From contig CAJBZP010000068.1 of the NCBI GenBank assembly GCA_903960135.1, positions 1-63,209 on the forward strand: a stretch of 63,209 nucleotides of DNA, read 5' to 3'. Positions 33,866 to 42,774 of this stretch are shown piece by piece. The position numbers and the translations under genes were made by a program. The DNA comes from an uncultured Actinomycetes bacterium. GTDB lineage: Bacteria; Actinomycetota; Actinomycetes; S36-B12. Each line of letters starts with the position of its first letter. The first letter of the stretch is position 1. The notes beneath the pieces were generated by a model that saw only the letters and a program-made list of their open reading frames with translations, searched no databases and had not been told where the DNA came from.

Positions 33866-34602
33866 GTTCCCGAATCAACCAAGGACTGCGCATCTGCTCG
33901 ATCACCCTTGGCAATTAGCTCCTTTGCCCGGGTGGCATACATATCGACATACTCCTGACCGGACAACGTCATCAATTCGTACATGACCTCATCGGTTACC
34001 GAGCGCAGGATGAAGCGGTCATCCTCAAGTCCCTCGTAACGGTCGAAGCTCAGCGGTTTGCCTACGCGAATACCTACCCGGCGCAGCCTCGGCTTGATGA
34101 CTCCCGGCGGTTGGATCTCATAAGTGTTGATCATGGCCACCGGGATAATGGGGACCCTTGCCTCCATCGCCATTCGAGCCGCACCGGTTCGACCTCTGTA
34201 CAAGGTGCCATTTGGTGACCGGGTGCCTTCTGGGTAGATACCGAGCAACACCTGCTCGCCAAGGAGCCTGGTCGCGGTGTGGATCACGGCCTCGGCACTG
34301 CGCCCCCCGGATCGGTCAACAGGTACTTGGCCTACCCCGTTGAAGAACAGCTTGGTGAAGAAGCCCTTGATACCCCGGCCGGTGAAGTAATCACTCTTCG
34401 CGAGGTAGGTCAACCGGCGATTGAGAACAACGGCCAAGAAAAACGAGTCGGAGAACGAAAGGTGGTTGCTGGCGAGCAGCGCCGCGCCCGAATCCGGCAC
34501 ATTCTCCCGGCCTTCCACCCAAGGCCGAAAAAGCACGCGCAGCCACGGGCCAATCACCCAGTACTTAAGTACCCAGTAGAGCACCCTGATCTCCTTGACC
34601 AC
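33862..34602 (-). CDS. plsC: 1-acyl-sn-glycerol-3-phosphate acyltransferase family
   Basis: HX4D motif SNHLSFSD and YPEGTRS block. The start is set at GTG 34602 (VVKEIRVLYW...). The ORF track extension to 35289 is antisense to the hydrolase gene and compositionally aberrant. Confidence 0.8.
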   Translation of the reverse strand: MVKEIRVLYWVLKYWVIGPWLRVLFRPWVEGRENVPDSGAALLASNHLSFSDSFFLAVVLNRRLTYLAKSDYFTGRGIKGFFTKLFFNGVGQVPVDRSGGRSAEAVIHTATRLLGEQVLLGIYPEGTRSPNGTLYRGRTGAARMAMEARVPIIPVAMINTYEIQPPGVIKPRLRRVGIRVGKPLSFDRYEGLEDDRFILRSVTDEVMYELMTLSGQEYVDMYATRAKELIAKGDRADAQSLVDSGT

Positions 34603-34639
34603 GCGAATCCTTGAACGCCTTGGTGGCACACTAGTGGCT

Positions 34640-35398
34640 ATGCCCCTAATGCCTGATGCACAGCCGTTCGCATTCGACGGACCGCCGTCCAACTCGGTAG
34701 CCATTTGTGTCCTCCATGGCTTTACCGGGTCCCCCAAATCGGTCACCCCGTGGGGGCGGGCCCTGGCCGCCGCCGGCTGGACGGTTCGGGTGCCGCGGCT
34801 CCCCGGGCATGGCACCCGTTGGCAGGATATGAACATCACAACTTGGGAGGACTGGTACGCCGAGGCCGATCGCACCATTCGCGAGCTCATGTCAGCACAT
34901 GACAAAGTCTTCGTCATGGGCCTGTCGATGGGTGGGTCGCTCAGCCTGCGCATTGCCGAGCAGCATGGATCCGCCATCGCCGGCCTCGTGCTGGTAAACC
35001 CGGCCGTGCACTCAGAGCGCCCTGACCGCCACCTACTACCGCTTATGTCGCGTTTCATTCCGTCCTTCCCCGGAGTGTCGAATGACATCGCCAAGCCAGA
35101 CACCGACGAAGGCGCATACGACCGCCTGCCGCTCAAGGCGGCATATTCACTCACTCGACTGTGGAAAGTAGTTAAAGCCGACATTGCCAACGTGACGCAG
35201 CCGTTGCTGATTTTCCATAGTGAGCACGACCACGTCGTCGAACCGTCCAACACGGCCTGGATTTTGTCGAACACCCGATCCGCCGACAAAACCGACGTGC
35301 TGCTAACACGGTCCTTCCACGTCGCAACCGTTGACTATGAAGCAGACGTCATCGAAACCGGCAGCATAGATTTCGTTCGACGAATCACCGCGAGCTAA
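34640..35398 (+). CDS. alpha/beta hydrolase (carboxylesterase/monoacylglycerol lipase-like)
   Basis: HGFTGSP oxyanion region and nucleophile elbow GLSMGG. The start is probably ATG 34640 (MPLMPDAQ). Confidence 0.8.
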   Translation: MPLMPDAQPFAFDGPPSNSVAICVLHGFTGSPKSVTPWGRALAAAGWTVRVPRLPGHGTRWQDMNITTWEDWYAEADRTIRELMSAHDKVFVMGLSMGGSLSLRIAEQHGSAIAGLVLVNPAVHSERPDRHLLPLMSRFIPSFPGVSNDIAKPDTDEGAYDRLPLKAAYSLTRLWKVVKADIANVTQPLLIFHSEHDHVVEPSNTAWILSNTRSADKTDVLLTRSFHVATVDYEADVIETGSIDFVRRITAS

Positions 35399-35814
35399 TG
35401 ACGCCATCACGGCCTGAACCGGCAGACGACGAATCCGACTCGGGGCAAGATAGTGCCTGGGCGGCCATCGTCGCCGACCTGTCCGGTGACATGCGCATGG
35501 AAATCGGGGATCTGAACAAGCAATTAGGCACTGAGGATGAGCCGGACCCATTCATTGAGGAGCTACTTTCCGAGGGCCGCTTCGAGCCACCGGAACCGCC
35601 ACCTATCCCGATGCCCGACACCATCGGCAGATTTGCTTGGGCTGGTGCGATTGGCGGACCGATACTGCTGGTGGTCTTTTATCTCCTCGGCCTCGGTGGC
35701 TTCTTGACCACGGTGGCACTCCTTGCCGCGATCGCCGGATTTATCACGTTAGTCGCCCGCAAGCGCGAACGAGTGCCGGGCGCCGATGAGCGCGACGATG
35801 GTGCAGTGGTCTAG
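35398..35814 (+). CDS. hypothetical membrane protein with an acidic N-terminal tail
   Basis: 138 aa. Asp/Glu-rich N-terminal half, then two hydrophobic helices (ILLVVFYLLGLGGFLTTVALLAAIAGFITLV). ATGA overlap with the upstream gene. Confidence 0.5.
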   Translation: MTPSRPEPADDESDSGQDSAWAAIVADLSGDMRMEIGDLNKQLGTEDEPDPFIEELLSEGRFEPPEPPPIPMPDTIGRFAWAGAIGGPILLVVFYLLGLGGFLTTVALLAAIAGFITLVARKRERVPGADERDDGAVV

Positions 35815-35835
35815 TCGAGCCGCTATAGTTCCGCA

Positions 35836-36348
35836 ATGCCTAATCAGTTGGCGCCCGTGCGCCGGACAATAACCCTGTTTACGGCTATTGCAACAATTTT
35901 CATGTTGTTTGCCCCGAGCGCCGCCGCCGCCAAAGCGGATCTGGTCTGGTACCTCAGCACACCGACTCGAACTGTTGTTGATCTATCGGCGCCGGGTTCA
36001 GATGTCGGCGATATCTCAATCTCATCAGGCACCTTGGCGCGGAAGCCCGCCGGCACCGCAATCGGGTTCTACACAACCAGCCAGGTAACAGTGCGAGCGG
36101 GCTTGCCCGGTGGCCAGGAAAATCGCGATGTCAGTTTGACCCTCAGCGCACCGGGTGGAGTCATCTACGCCAAGTCCTTGATCACGGCTACTCCCAATGT
36201 GCCACCAAGTGCCGCACAGGTGTTCGCCATCATCGGTGGCACCGGAAAGTACGCTGGCGCAGCCGGTGAGCTAATTCATGCCGGCTTCACCAGCTCCGGC
36301 TCAAGGGCAGCCATCTACTTCAGTGACCGCGGAACCACATTTAATTAG
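35836..36348 (+). CDS. secreted hypothetical protein
   Basis: 170 aa. Signal-like LFTAIATIFMLFAPSAAAA. Internal IIGGTGKYAGAAGE motif. No family assigned. Confidence 0.5.
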   Translation: MPNQLAPVRRTITLFTAIATIFMLFAPSAAAAKADLVWYLSTPTRTVVDLSAPGSDVGDISISSGTLARKPAGTAIGFYTTSQVTVRAGLPGGQENRDVSLTLSAPGGVIYAKSLITATPNVPPSAAQVFAIIGGTGKYAGAAGELIHAGFTSSGSRAAIYFSDRGTTFN

Positions 36349-36354
36349 AGTGCT

Positions 36355-37305
36355 CTAGCTTGGCCGCGCCAAGTCGGCGGCACCGATCAGGCCGGCATTG
36401 TTGCCCAGCATTGCCAGGCGGACCTGCGGCGTCGGTCGTTGGCGTTTACCGCTTAGTTTTTCGGCAAGAGTTTTCCTCGTGCTGTCGAGGAGTAAGTCTC
36501 CGGCTTCACATACCCCACCGCCGATCACAAATGCTGTTGGATCCAAGATCGCCGCCAAATCCGCCAGTCCCCGACCCAGCCAGGTACCTACGCGGGTGAA
36601 TGCCTCAATTGCTACCGGATCTCCCAATTGGGCGGCCTTGGTTAGGTGCACCCCTTGGACGCCTTCAGGCGTGCCATCACCAAGTGAGAGCAACAGACCG
36701 GCCTCTCCTCGACGACTTGCCGCTAGCGACCGCGCATCGCGAACCAGTGCGTTACCACTTGCGTATTGCTCCCAGCACCCATTGCGGCCACACGCACATG
36801 GCAAACCATCGGGGACCGAGTTCATGTGACCGATTTCGCCGGCGGCACCGTGGGCGCCACGAAGTAGTTTCCCGTCAATGATGATCCCGCCACCGATGCC
36901 GGTGCCTACGGTCACCACCGTTAAGTCATCGACATCAGCGCCGGCGCCAAACTTGAACTCCCCCCAGGCTGCGGCATTGCCGTCATTTTCAACAATTACC
37001 TGAACACCAACCACCTCTTCGAGCAGGGCTCGCGCCGGCACATTTGACCAACCTAGATTCGGGGCGAAGAAAACCGTCGACCTCGCCGAATCAACCGGGC
37101 CCGCAACCCCCAGACCCACACCGACCACGGCCCCCGGATACGGCGCACTTAATTCCGAAACTACTTCAGCAACCACGGCGAGGGCTCTATCGGCATCATT
37201 TCGAGGCGACTCCCGCCGCGCCGTGGTGACAATCGCACCAGACTCGTCGACTAGGCCGGCGAGAATCTTGGTGCCGCCGACATCAACGCCGATACTGAAT
37301 GTCAT
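36355..37305 (-). CDS. glk: ROK-family glucokinase
   Basis: 316 aa. IGVDVGGTK ATP motif and ROK zinc motif CACGRNGCWEQ. Confidence 0.85.
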   Translation of the reverse strand: MTFSIGVDVGGTKILAGLVDESGAIVTTARRESPRNDADRALAVVAEVVSELSAPYPGAVVGVGLGVAGPVDSARSTVFFAPNLGWSNVPARALLEEVVGVQVIVENDGNAAAWGEFKFGAGADVDDLTVVTVGTGIGGGIIIDGKLLRGAHGAAGEIGHMNSVPDGLPCACGRNGCWEQYASGNALVRDARSLAASRRGEAGLLLSLGDGTPEGVQGVHLTKAAQLGDPVAIEAFTRVGTWLGRGLADLAAILDPTAFVIGGGVCEAGDLLLDSTRKTLAEKLSGKRQRPTPQVRLAMLGNNAGLIGAADLARPS

Positions 37306-37314
37306 GTGTTAAGC

Positions 37315-37629
37315 CTATGGGCGCTCGCGCCTGACGCGTACCCAAGTCACATCTTCGTCGTTACCAACAAAAGTTACATGCTCTGTTACATCGGCAGCAG
37401 TATCCAAATCCCATTCGGTGACGCTTCCGGTTGCCGCTTCGTTCATAACGGTGTCAAGGCCAAGGGCCCGCATAGCGCCCAAGCTGCGGCAGACAAGGCA
37501 TTCTGGATGCTCACTTGGATCCACGTGCTCACCGTGCGGACCGACCACCGTCTGCGCAGCCCAAGTGAGTAGTTGCTGCAGTCCGCCCATTATCGCGGTG
37601 GGGTCAAATGACCGCTGTTCATCGCTCAT
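37315..37629 (-). CDS. small conserved hypothetical protein (CxxC)
   Basis: About 104 aa. HPECLVCR motif. ATGA overlap with the ArsA-like stop suggests translational coupling. Confidence 0.45.
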   Translation of the reverse strand: MSDEQRSFDPTAIMGGLQQLLTWAAQTVVGPHGEHVDPSEHPECLVCRSLGAMRALGLDTVMNEAATGSVTEWDLDTAADVTEHVTFVGNDEDVTWVRVRRERP

Positions 37630-38795
37630 GGTTGCGGCCAAATCGACTCATCGGGCTCGAATGCGATCACGAGCTGTTGTGCTCGAACTTCTGCCTCTTT
37701 CATAATGCACCGACATAGCACTGGTGGCAATGGCAGCACTCGCCTAGAAGTGCCCACGACGATAATCGCGTTGTCGCCGAATCGGCCCACCTTGATGACC
37801 TGGTCTGCCAGATCAGCCAGTGGAAGTCGCCACTCGTAACCCGAAACAGTCGGCAGCACCCCACTGGGGACTTTCTTAGTGAAAGCACGGTCTGCCTGCT
37901 GATGCCGAACCGATACCGGCAATTTACGCAGGCCGGACTTGCCGATTGGCTCAGCTGGTTTAAAGGGCACCGTGATTATCGGTGTTTCCACTAGCTCATC
38001 CCGCAAGGCGCGCACGCGCTTACGCTGCTTCTGCGCCCACTTGCGTGGCCAATTATCACTGCTCACCGGGTACCGATTTATAAAGACCGCATCGACGTGA
38101 TGCCCGAGCAGAGTCAAAGTAGCAAGATGTCGACGGGTTTCAGCCAGCACGACTTTCTCCGGTGTCGCAACCAGCCGAACCACGCTGCCCGCACCCGAAA
38201 GCGCCTTCTTAACCCGGCCTAAGTCGGCTGCCAGCTCCTGAACCGCGGTCAGCACGGTTGCCTTTGCCGAAATCGGACCGCGCGCCGCGCGGGCCACCGC
38301 GAACCCGGGTGTCAAGATCACGGCAAGTAGTTGCTCCAAGGCCTCCGGTAGCGCCAAAAGCCGAGCGGTCTCGGCGGTCGGCCCGCCATCAACTACAACA
38401 ACATCAATTTCTGGGTCCGCAAGCAAGTCGGCAACTGCAAGCAATGACAGCAACTCATCAACCCCTGGCAGTACCGTCAACTCAGCCGCGTGTATTGGGT
38501 CAACACCGGCTTCGGCGAGTAATTCAACCGCGACTGCACGAAGTACCTGCCACGACGCGGTGCGTTGGGTATGCGCGTCCAAGATGGTCACCGATAACCC
38601 TTTGCCAACAACATTCGGAGCCCCCGGGCTCATCGGTATTGCAAGCACATCACCGCATGAGTGCGCTGGATCGGTTGAGACTAAGCGCACCCGGCGACCG
38701 GCATCGGCTAACTGGACGGCGGTCGCAGCCGCGAGGGTTGATTTACCGACGCCGCCCTTGCCGCTAAACAGAATCAGGCGAACTTGACTCGACAC
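37626..38795 (-). CDS. ArsA/Get3-family ATPase
   Basis: 389 aa. Deviant Walker A LFSGKGGVGKSTLAAA. Confidence 0.85.
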   Translation of the reverse strand: MSSQVRLILFSGKGGVGKSTLAAATAVQLADAGRRVRLVSTDPAHSCGDVLAIPMSPGAPNVVGKGLSVTILDAHTQRTASWQVLRAVAVELLAEAGVDPIHAAELTVLPGVDELLSLLAVADLLADPEIDVVVVDGGPTAETARLLALPEALEQLLAVILTPGFAVARAARGPISAKATVLTAVQELAADLGRVKKALSGAGSVVRLVATPEKVVLAETRRHLATLTLLGHHVDAVFINRYPVSSDNWPRKWAQKQRKRVRALRDELVETPIITVPFKPAEPIGKSGLRKLPVSVRHQQADRAFTKKVPSGVLPTVSGYEWRLPLADLADQVIKVGRFGDNAIIVVGTSRRVLPLPPVLCRCIMKEAEVRAQQLVIAFEPDESIWPQP

Positions 38796-39219
38796 GTTTC
38801 TTGAGTCCTTTAAGTGCGGTGTCGACGATGACGCGCTCGGCTTTCCGCTTAATCATGCCGATCATCGGGATCTTCACATCAACAGCAAGTTGGTAATGCA
38901 CCGTCGTCGTTCCGTCACCATTGTCGGTTAACGTGTAACTGCCATCCATCGCGGTTAGCATCTCTGCCTTGGTCAAAGTCCACGAAACCGAATTGTTGTC
39001 ATCCCAGTCGTATTCAAGTTCGTAGGTGTCTTTGATAGGACCTGAGGCCAAACTGAACCGGGCATCGGCAGGCCGGGAGTCTTCCTCGTAAACCGACAGC
39101 ACCTCAACGGAGGAAATACCGTCGCTCCACTGCGGATAGGCGGCTAGGTCGGCGATGACTTTCATTATCGGTGCTGGTGCAGCCTCGATGACAATGCTGG
39201 ACTCGGTCCTATCGCCCAT
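38764..39219 (-). CDS. SRPBCC (cyclase/dehydrase-like) ligand-binding protein
   Basis: Start at ATG 39219 (MGDRTESSIVIEAAPAPIMKVIADLAAYPQW), preceded by SD AGGGGAG. The length and pattern fit the START/SRPBCC fold. Confidence 0.65.
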   Translation of the reverse strand: MGDRTESSIVIEAAPAPIMKVIADLAAYPQWSDGISSVEVLSVYEEDSRPADARFSLASGPIKDTYELEYDWDDNNSVSWTLTKAEMLTAMDGSYTLTDNGDGTTTVHYQLAVDVKIPMIGMIKRKAERVIVDTALKGLKKRVESSSPDSV

Positions 39220-39313
39220 GCTGACTCCCCTGCTGCAGTTATCAGCATTACTGCCTTTGACCGGCGCCATGCCCTTGCTGATGGGCCAAAGGCTACTACC
39301 CTGCCGGACCCGG

Positions 39314-40093
39314 CTAGAGGTCGATGACGAACGGGAGTTCGCGCCCGTGGAAATGCCCCACATTCATGCATTCGGTCTTGCCAATTCGGGCCCGTGCCCG
39401 CAAGGGCTGGTGCACGTGGCCAAATAGGTGCAAGGCCGGCTCGAACTCCTTTAGGTATTCCAAGATAGCCAAACTTCCGATTTCGAATCGGCGCGCGACA
39501 ATGTCATATGTCAATTGCGGCACCGCCGGCGGAATGTGGGTAAACAGGACGTCTACCGGCCCTAAGGCTTGGATTTTCTCAGCGTATTGCTCCTCGGTTA
39601 GTTCATATGGCGTGCGCATCGGGCTCGCCAAGCCGCCGCCAACGAATCCCATGCGGATCCCATCGACCGTGAGCGTCGCACCGTCAACAACTTGGTGACC
39701 CGCCTTCAAGAACTCCGGCCAGAGGGCAGGTACGTCGACATTGCCATACGTCAGCAGAGCCGGAGTCGGCATCGCTTCGAACAGCTCTTGGTACTGCTGA
39801 CGGATCATCACCTCCAGTGAGCTCCAACGATCAGCGTGATCGAATACCCCGCGCCCGCGCCACGCTGCGGCACTAAGTTCACGCGCTTCATCGAAACGAT
39901 TAGCGGTTCGCGCCTCGATATAGGCCCGTGTGTGGTCAGGTCCAAAAAGATCCGTGTATATCCCCCTGGTGGGATCGTCATAATCCAGGAACAAAATCAG
40001 GTCGCCTAGGCAGACGAACAGGTCAGATCCCTGCCCCGCACGCGCCAATGCCTCGCTCGCGCCATGTACATCGGAAACCACGTGCACCCTCAC
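39314..40093 (-). CDS. calcineurin-like metallophosphoesterase
   Basis: 259 aa. Motifs VVSDVHG, CLGDL, YGNVD and FGHVH. Confidence 0.8.
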   Translation of the reverse strand: MRVHVVSDVHGASEALARAGQGSDLFVCLGDLILFLDYDDPTRGIYTDLFGPDHTRAYIEARTANRFDEARELSAAAWRGRGVFDHADRWSSLEVMIRQQYQELFEAMPTPALLTYGNVDVPALWPEFLKAGHQVVDGATLTVDGIRMGFVGGGLASPMRTPYELTEEQYAEKIQALGPVDVLFTHIPPAVPQLTYDIVARRFEIGSLAILEYLKEFEPALHLFGHVHQPLRARARIGKTECMNVGHFHGRELPFVIDL

Positions 40094-40500
40094 CGCGGAT
40101 CACCTGGTCGCCTGCCCCCCTCGAGTTCATCCTTCAGCGCCCAAACGGTGCGCTTCCAAGCCATCGCGTGCCGATTGCGAAGCGCGTCAATTTGGCGCCG
40201 GCCATGTGGGCTGGCGGGAATCGTCCGCGCCATCGCCGGTGACCCGGGCAGTGCTGGGTCCGCGCGCAGGTAATAGTGCAGGAGCACCCCATCGCCGACT
40301 TGCTCCAGCCAGATCTCACTTGATCCCACCATGGCACCCGATACCGACCACCTGATGCCATCTAGGCCCCGGTCCATGAACACCGTCAAGGTCAACTCGG
40401 GCCACCAAAGCTGCCAGCGGGTGCGATCGGCCACCACCAAGGCAAGTTGCGCCCGGTCAACCACCACATAGGTCTCGTCTACGAGATCCACGCTGGCCAT
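40090..40500 (-). CDS. hypothetical protein (possibly SRPBCC-like)
   Basis: 136 aa. 4-nt overlap with the downstream phosphoesterase gene. No motif recognised with certainty. Confidence 0.45.
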   Translation of the reverse strand: MASVDLVDETYVVVDRAQLALVVADRTRWQLWWPELTLTVFMDRGLDGIRWSVSGAMVGSSEIWLEQVGDGVLLHYYLRADPALPGSPAMARTIPASPHGRRQIDALRNRHAMAWKRTVWALKDELEGGRRPGDPR

Positions 40501-40631
40501 GCCCCTGAGAATGCCATGACAAGGCCGCTTGCGCCGATCCTGGGGTAGCGCCCGGGGTGACCGGCATCACGATTCCCCTCGCCTGCCGGGCGAAGTTCGG
40601 TTAGCGTTGCGGTTATGTTTACGCACCCGCA

Positions 40632-40645
40632 AAGCCACGTGGCTT
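40632..40645. promoter_or_regulatory. perfect 14-bp palindrome AAGCCACGTGGCTT upstream of fadD
   Basis: Read directly. It ends 16 nt before the GTG start, just 5' of the SD GAAGGAG. Candidate operator. Confidence 0.35.
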
Positions 40646-40661
40646 AAGTGAAGGAGTAGCC

Positions 40662-42458
40662 GTGCTAAAGGAGTTCTCCGTCCCGGTGATCGTCCCGGCC
40701 CCCACCTCGGGGAGCTTGGTCGACCACATCACCGAAAATGCCGAGCAGGTGCCAGACAAAGTTGTCTTCTCGGTGCCCCGCGGGGCCGCTTGGGTCGGCA
40801 TCACAGCCAAGCAATTCAATGACGAGGTCAAGGCAATCGCCAAAGGCATCATCGCGAACGGGGTCGAGCCGGGCCAGCGCATTGGCATCATGTCGCGCAC
40901 CCGATACGAATGGGCATTGGTCGACTACGCGATCTGGTACGCCGGAGCCGCAAGTGTGCCGATCTACGAGACGTCATCGGCGGAGCAGGTGCAGTGGATC
41001 CTTAGTGATTCCGGAGCTGTTGCCGTGTTCCTCGAGACCCATAAGCACAAGGCGGTATTCGACCAGGTTGCAGTTGAAATCCCCGACGTCACGCGCATGT
41101 GGGTGCTAGACGACGGAATTCTTGAAGATCTAAAGTCAGCGGGCAAAGGTGTCAGCGACGACGAACTTGAATCTCGGCGCGCGACTTTGAGCCCAGCCTC
41201 CGTCGCGACCATCATCTACACCTCCGGTACCACGGGGCGACCGAAGGGCTGCGTGCTCACGCACAGCAACTTGATGTTCGAGGTCGACAACGTGGTCCAG
41301 GGCCTCAAGGAGGTGTTCTTGGTCGAAGGGTCGTCAACTTTGCTGTTCTTGCCGGTTGCCCATGTATTCGGTCGCCTTATTCAGCTGGGCTGCGTTCGAG
41401 CCCGCGTGCGCCTGGGCCACACCGCCGATATCAAGGAGCTTCTCCCAAACCTGCAATCCTTCCAGCCGACCTTCTTGCTCGCGGTGCCCCGAGTTTTCGA
41501 GAAGATCTACAACTCCTCGCAGCAAAAGGCGAATGCCGCCGGCAAGGGGCATATCTTCGAAACCGCAAGCCAGGTGGCCATCGACTACAGCAAGGCCCTT
41601 GATGACGGTGGCCCCGGGATCGGCTTGAAGATCAAGCATGCTGTTTTCGACCGCTTGGTCTACAAGAAGTTGCGCGCCGCAATGGGTGGGAAGCTGAAAT
41701 GGGCGGTTTCCGGCGGCGCACCACTTGGCTCCCGACTCGGGCACTTCTTCCGCGGTATCGACGTCACGATCTTGGAGGGCTACGGCCTGACCGAAACCAG
41801 TGCCGCCACCACAGTAAGCCGACCACATGCCCTGCGCATCGGCAGCGTCGGCCAGCCGCTGCCGGGGGCCAGCGTCAAGGTGGCCGATGACGGCGAACTT
41901 CTGCTCGCGGGTGCCCAGATCTTCGCCGGCTATTGGAATAATCCGGCCGCCACGGCCGAGGCCATCGAACCCGATGGCTGGTTTCACTCCGGCGATATCG
42001 GCGAAATCGATGATAAGGGCTTTGTCCGAATCACCGGCCGCAAGAAGGAGCTCATCGTCACCGCCGGCGGAAAGAATGTGGCTCCCGCTGTGCTCGAAGA
42101 TCGAATTCGCGCCAACTGGTTGGTATCGCAGTGCATGGTCGTCGGCGATGCCCAACCATTCATCGCAGCACTTGTCACCATCGACCCCGAGGCATTTCCG
42201 GCTTGGGCTAAGCAAGCCGGTAAACCCGAATCTGCAACCATTGCCGACCTTGTTGCCGATGCGGATCTAACTGCTGCGGTGCAATCGGCAATCGATGAAG
42301 GGAACAAGGCGGTGTCACATGCCGAGGCCATCAAGAAGTTCGTGATCTTGCCTAATGATTGGACCGAAGAGGGTGGCCAGATGACCCCTTCAATGAAGTT
42401 AAAGCGCAATATCGTGATGAAGGAATGCGAAGGCGAGATCGCCGCCCTGTATTCATGA
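40662..42458 (+). CDS. fadD: long-chain fatty-acid-CoA ligase (FadD15-like)
   Basis: 598 aa. AMP-binding motif YTSGTTGRPKG, plus GYGLTETS and TGDIGEID-like blocks. Confidence 0.9.
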   Translation: MLKEFSVPVIVPAPTSGSLVDHITENAEQVPDKVVFSVPRGAAWVGITAKQFNDEVKAIAKGIIANGVEPGQRIGIMSRTRYEWALVDYAIWYAGAASVPIYETSSAEQVQWILSDSGAVAVFLETHKHKAVFDQVAVEIPDVTRMWVLDDGILEDLKSAGKGVSDDELESRRATLSPASVATIIYTSGTTGRPKGCVLTHSNLMFEVDNVVQGLKEVFLVEGSSTLLFLPVAHVFGRLIQLGCVRARVRLGHTADIKELLPNLQSFQPTFLLAVPRVFEKIYNSSQQKANAAGKGHIFETASQVAIDYSKALDDGGPGIGLKIKHAVFDRLVYKKLRAAMGGKLKWAVSGGAPLGSRLGHFFRGIDVTILEGYGLTETSAATTVSRPHALRIGSVGQPLPGASVKVADDGELLLAGAQIFAGYWNNPAATAEAIEPDGWFHSGDIGEIDDKGFVRITGRKKELIVTAGGKNVAPAVLEDRIRANWLVSQCMVVGDAQPFIAALVTIDPEAFPAWAKQAGKPESATIADLVADADLTAAVQSAIDEGNKAVSHAEAIKKFVILPNDWTEEGGQMTPSMKLKRNIVMKECEGEIAALYS

Positions 42459-42514
42459 ACTGCCGGTATTCATGAACTGCCGGTCTTCACGAACTGCCGG
42501 TCTTCATGAAACTG
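42451..42514. repeat. 17-bp tandem repeat (ATGAACTGCCGGTMTTC), three full units plus partial copies
   Basis: Units at 42455-42471, 42472-42488 and 42489-42505, then a degenerate ATGAAACTG. The first unit contains the fadD stop codon (42456-42458). Confidence 0.9.
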
Positions 42515-42613
42515 TGCACCCGATGAAAAGTTCGGGCTAGCCGACTACCCGGCCAATCCCGGTGAAGTGCTGCGCGTACCAAGGCGCGAGCACATTGGTG
42601 ATTATGACGCCGT
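42506..42613. repeat. direct repeat copy A (108 bp, 1 mismatch to copy B)
   Basis: 42506-42602 is identical to 44387-44483. After one mismatch, 10 more matching bases follow. The offset is 1881 bp. Confidence 0.95.
42537..42613 (-). pseudogene. orphan 3' fragment of the ripC-like NlpC/P60 gene
   Basis: Encodes GVIITNVLAPWYAQHFTGIGRVVG*, identical to the C-terminus of the intact gene at 44418-45491. The upstream reading frame bears no resemblance to NlpC/P60. Confidence 0.85.
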
Positions 42614-42774
42614 GAACTTGGAGCTTGGTTCGGTTGGATACGAGAAAAGTGAAATTCATCACGAGATAGCGAATATTAAGTGCGAGCAAGTGGCGCGAAG
42701 GTTTGGATATGCGTACGTGAATGATTACATGGGAAGGTCTTCCAACCCTGAAGTTACATACTCTCGTTGGCAAC

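Noticed and set aside
34603-35289. N-terminal 229-codon extension of the acyltransferase ORF (33862-35289)
   Set aside because: The extension is antisense to the well-supported alpha/beta hydrolase gene and has an aberrant Ser/Arg/Cys-rich composition. Acyltransferase homology starts only near GTG 34602.
41334-42215. 293-aa minus-strand ORF within fadD, and similar long antisense ORFs (14465-15148, 47041-47703, 57793-58281)
   Set aside because: They lie entirely within genes that have strong motif support on the other strand or frame. They are typical GC-rich shadow ORFs.
42451-42514. Possible CRISPR array, considered because of the short tandem repeats
   Set aside because: The units are 17 bp and directly adjacent with no spacers. 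There are only about 3.5 copies, and no cas genes are present.
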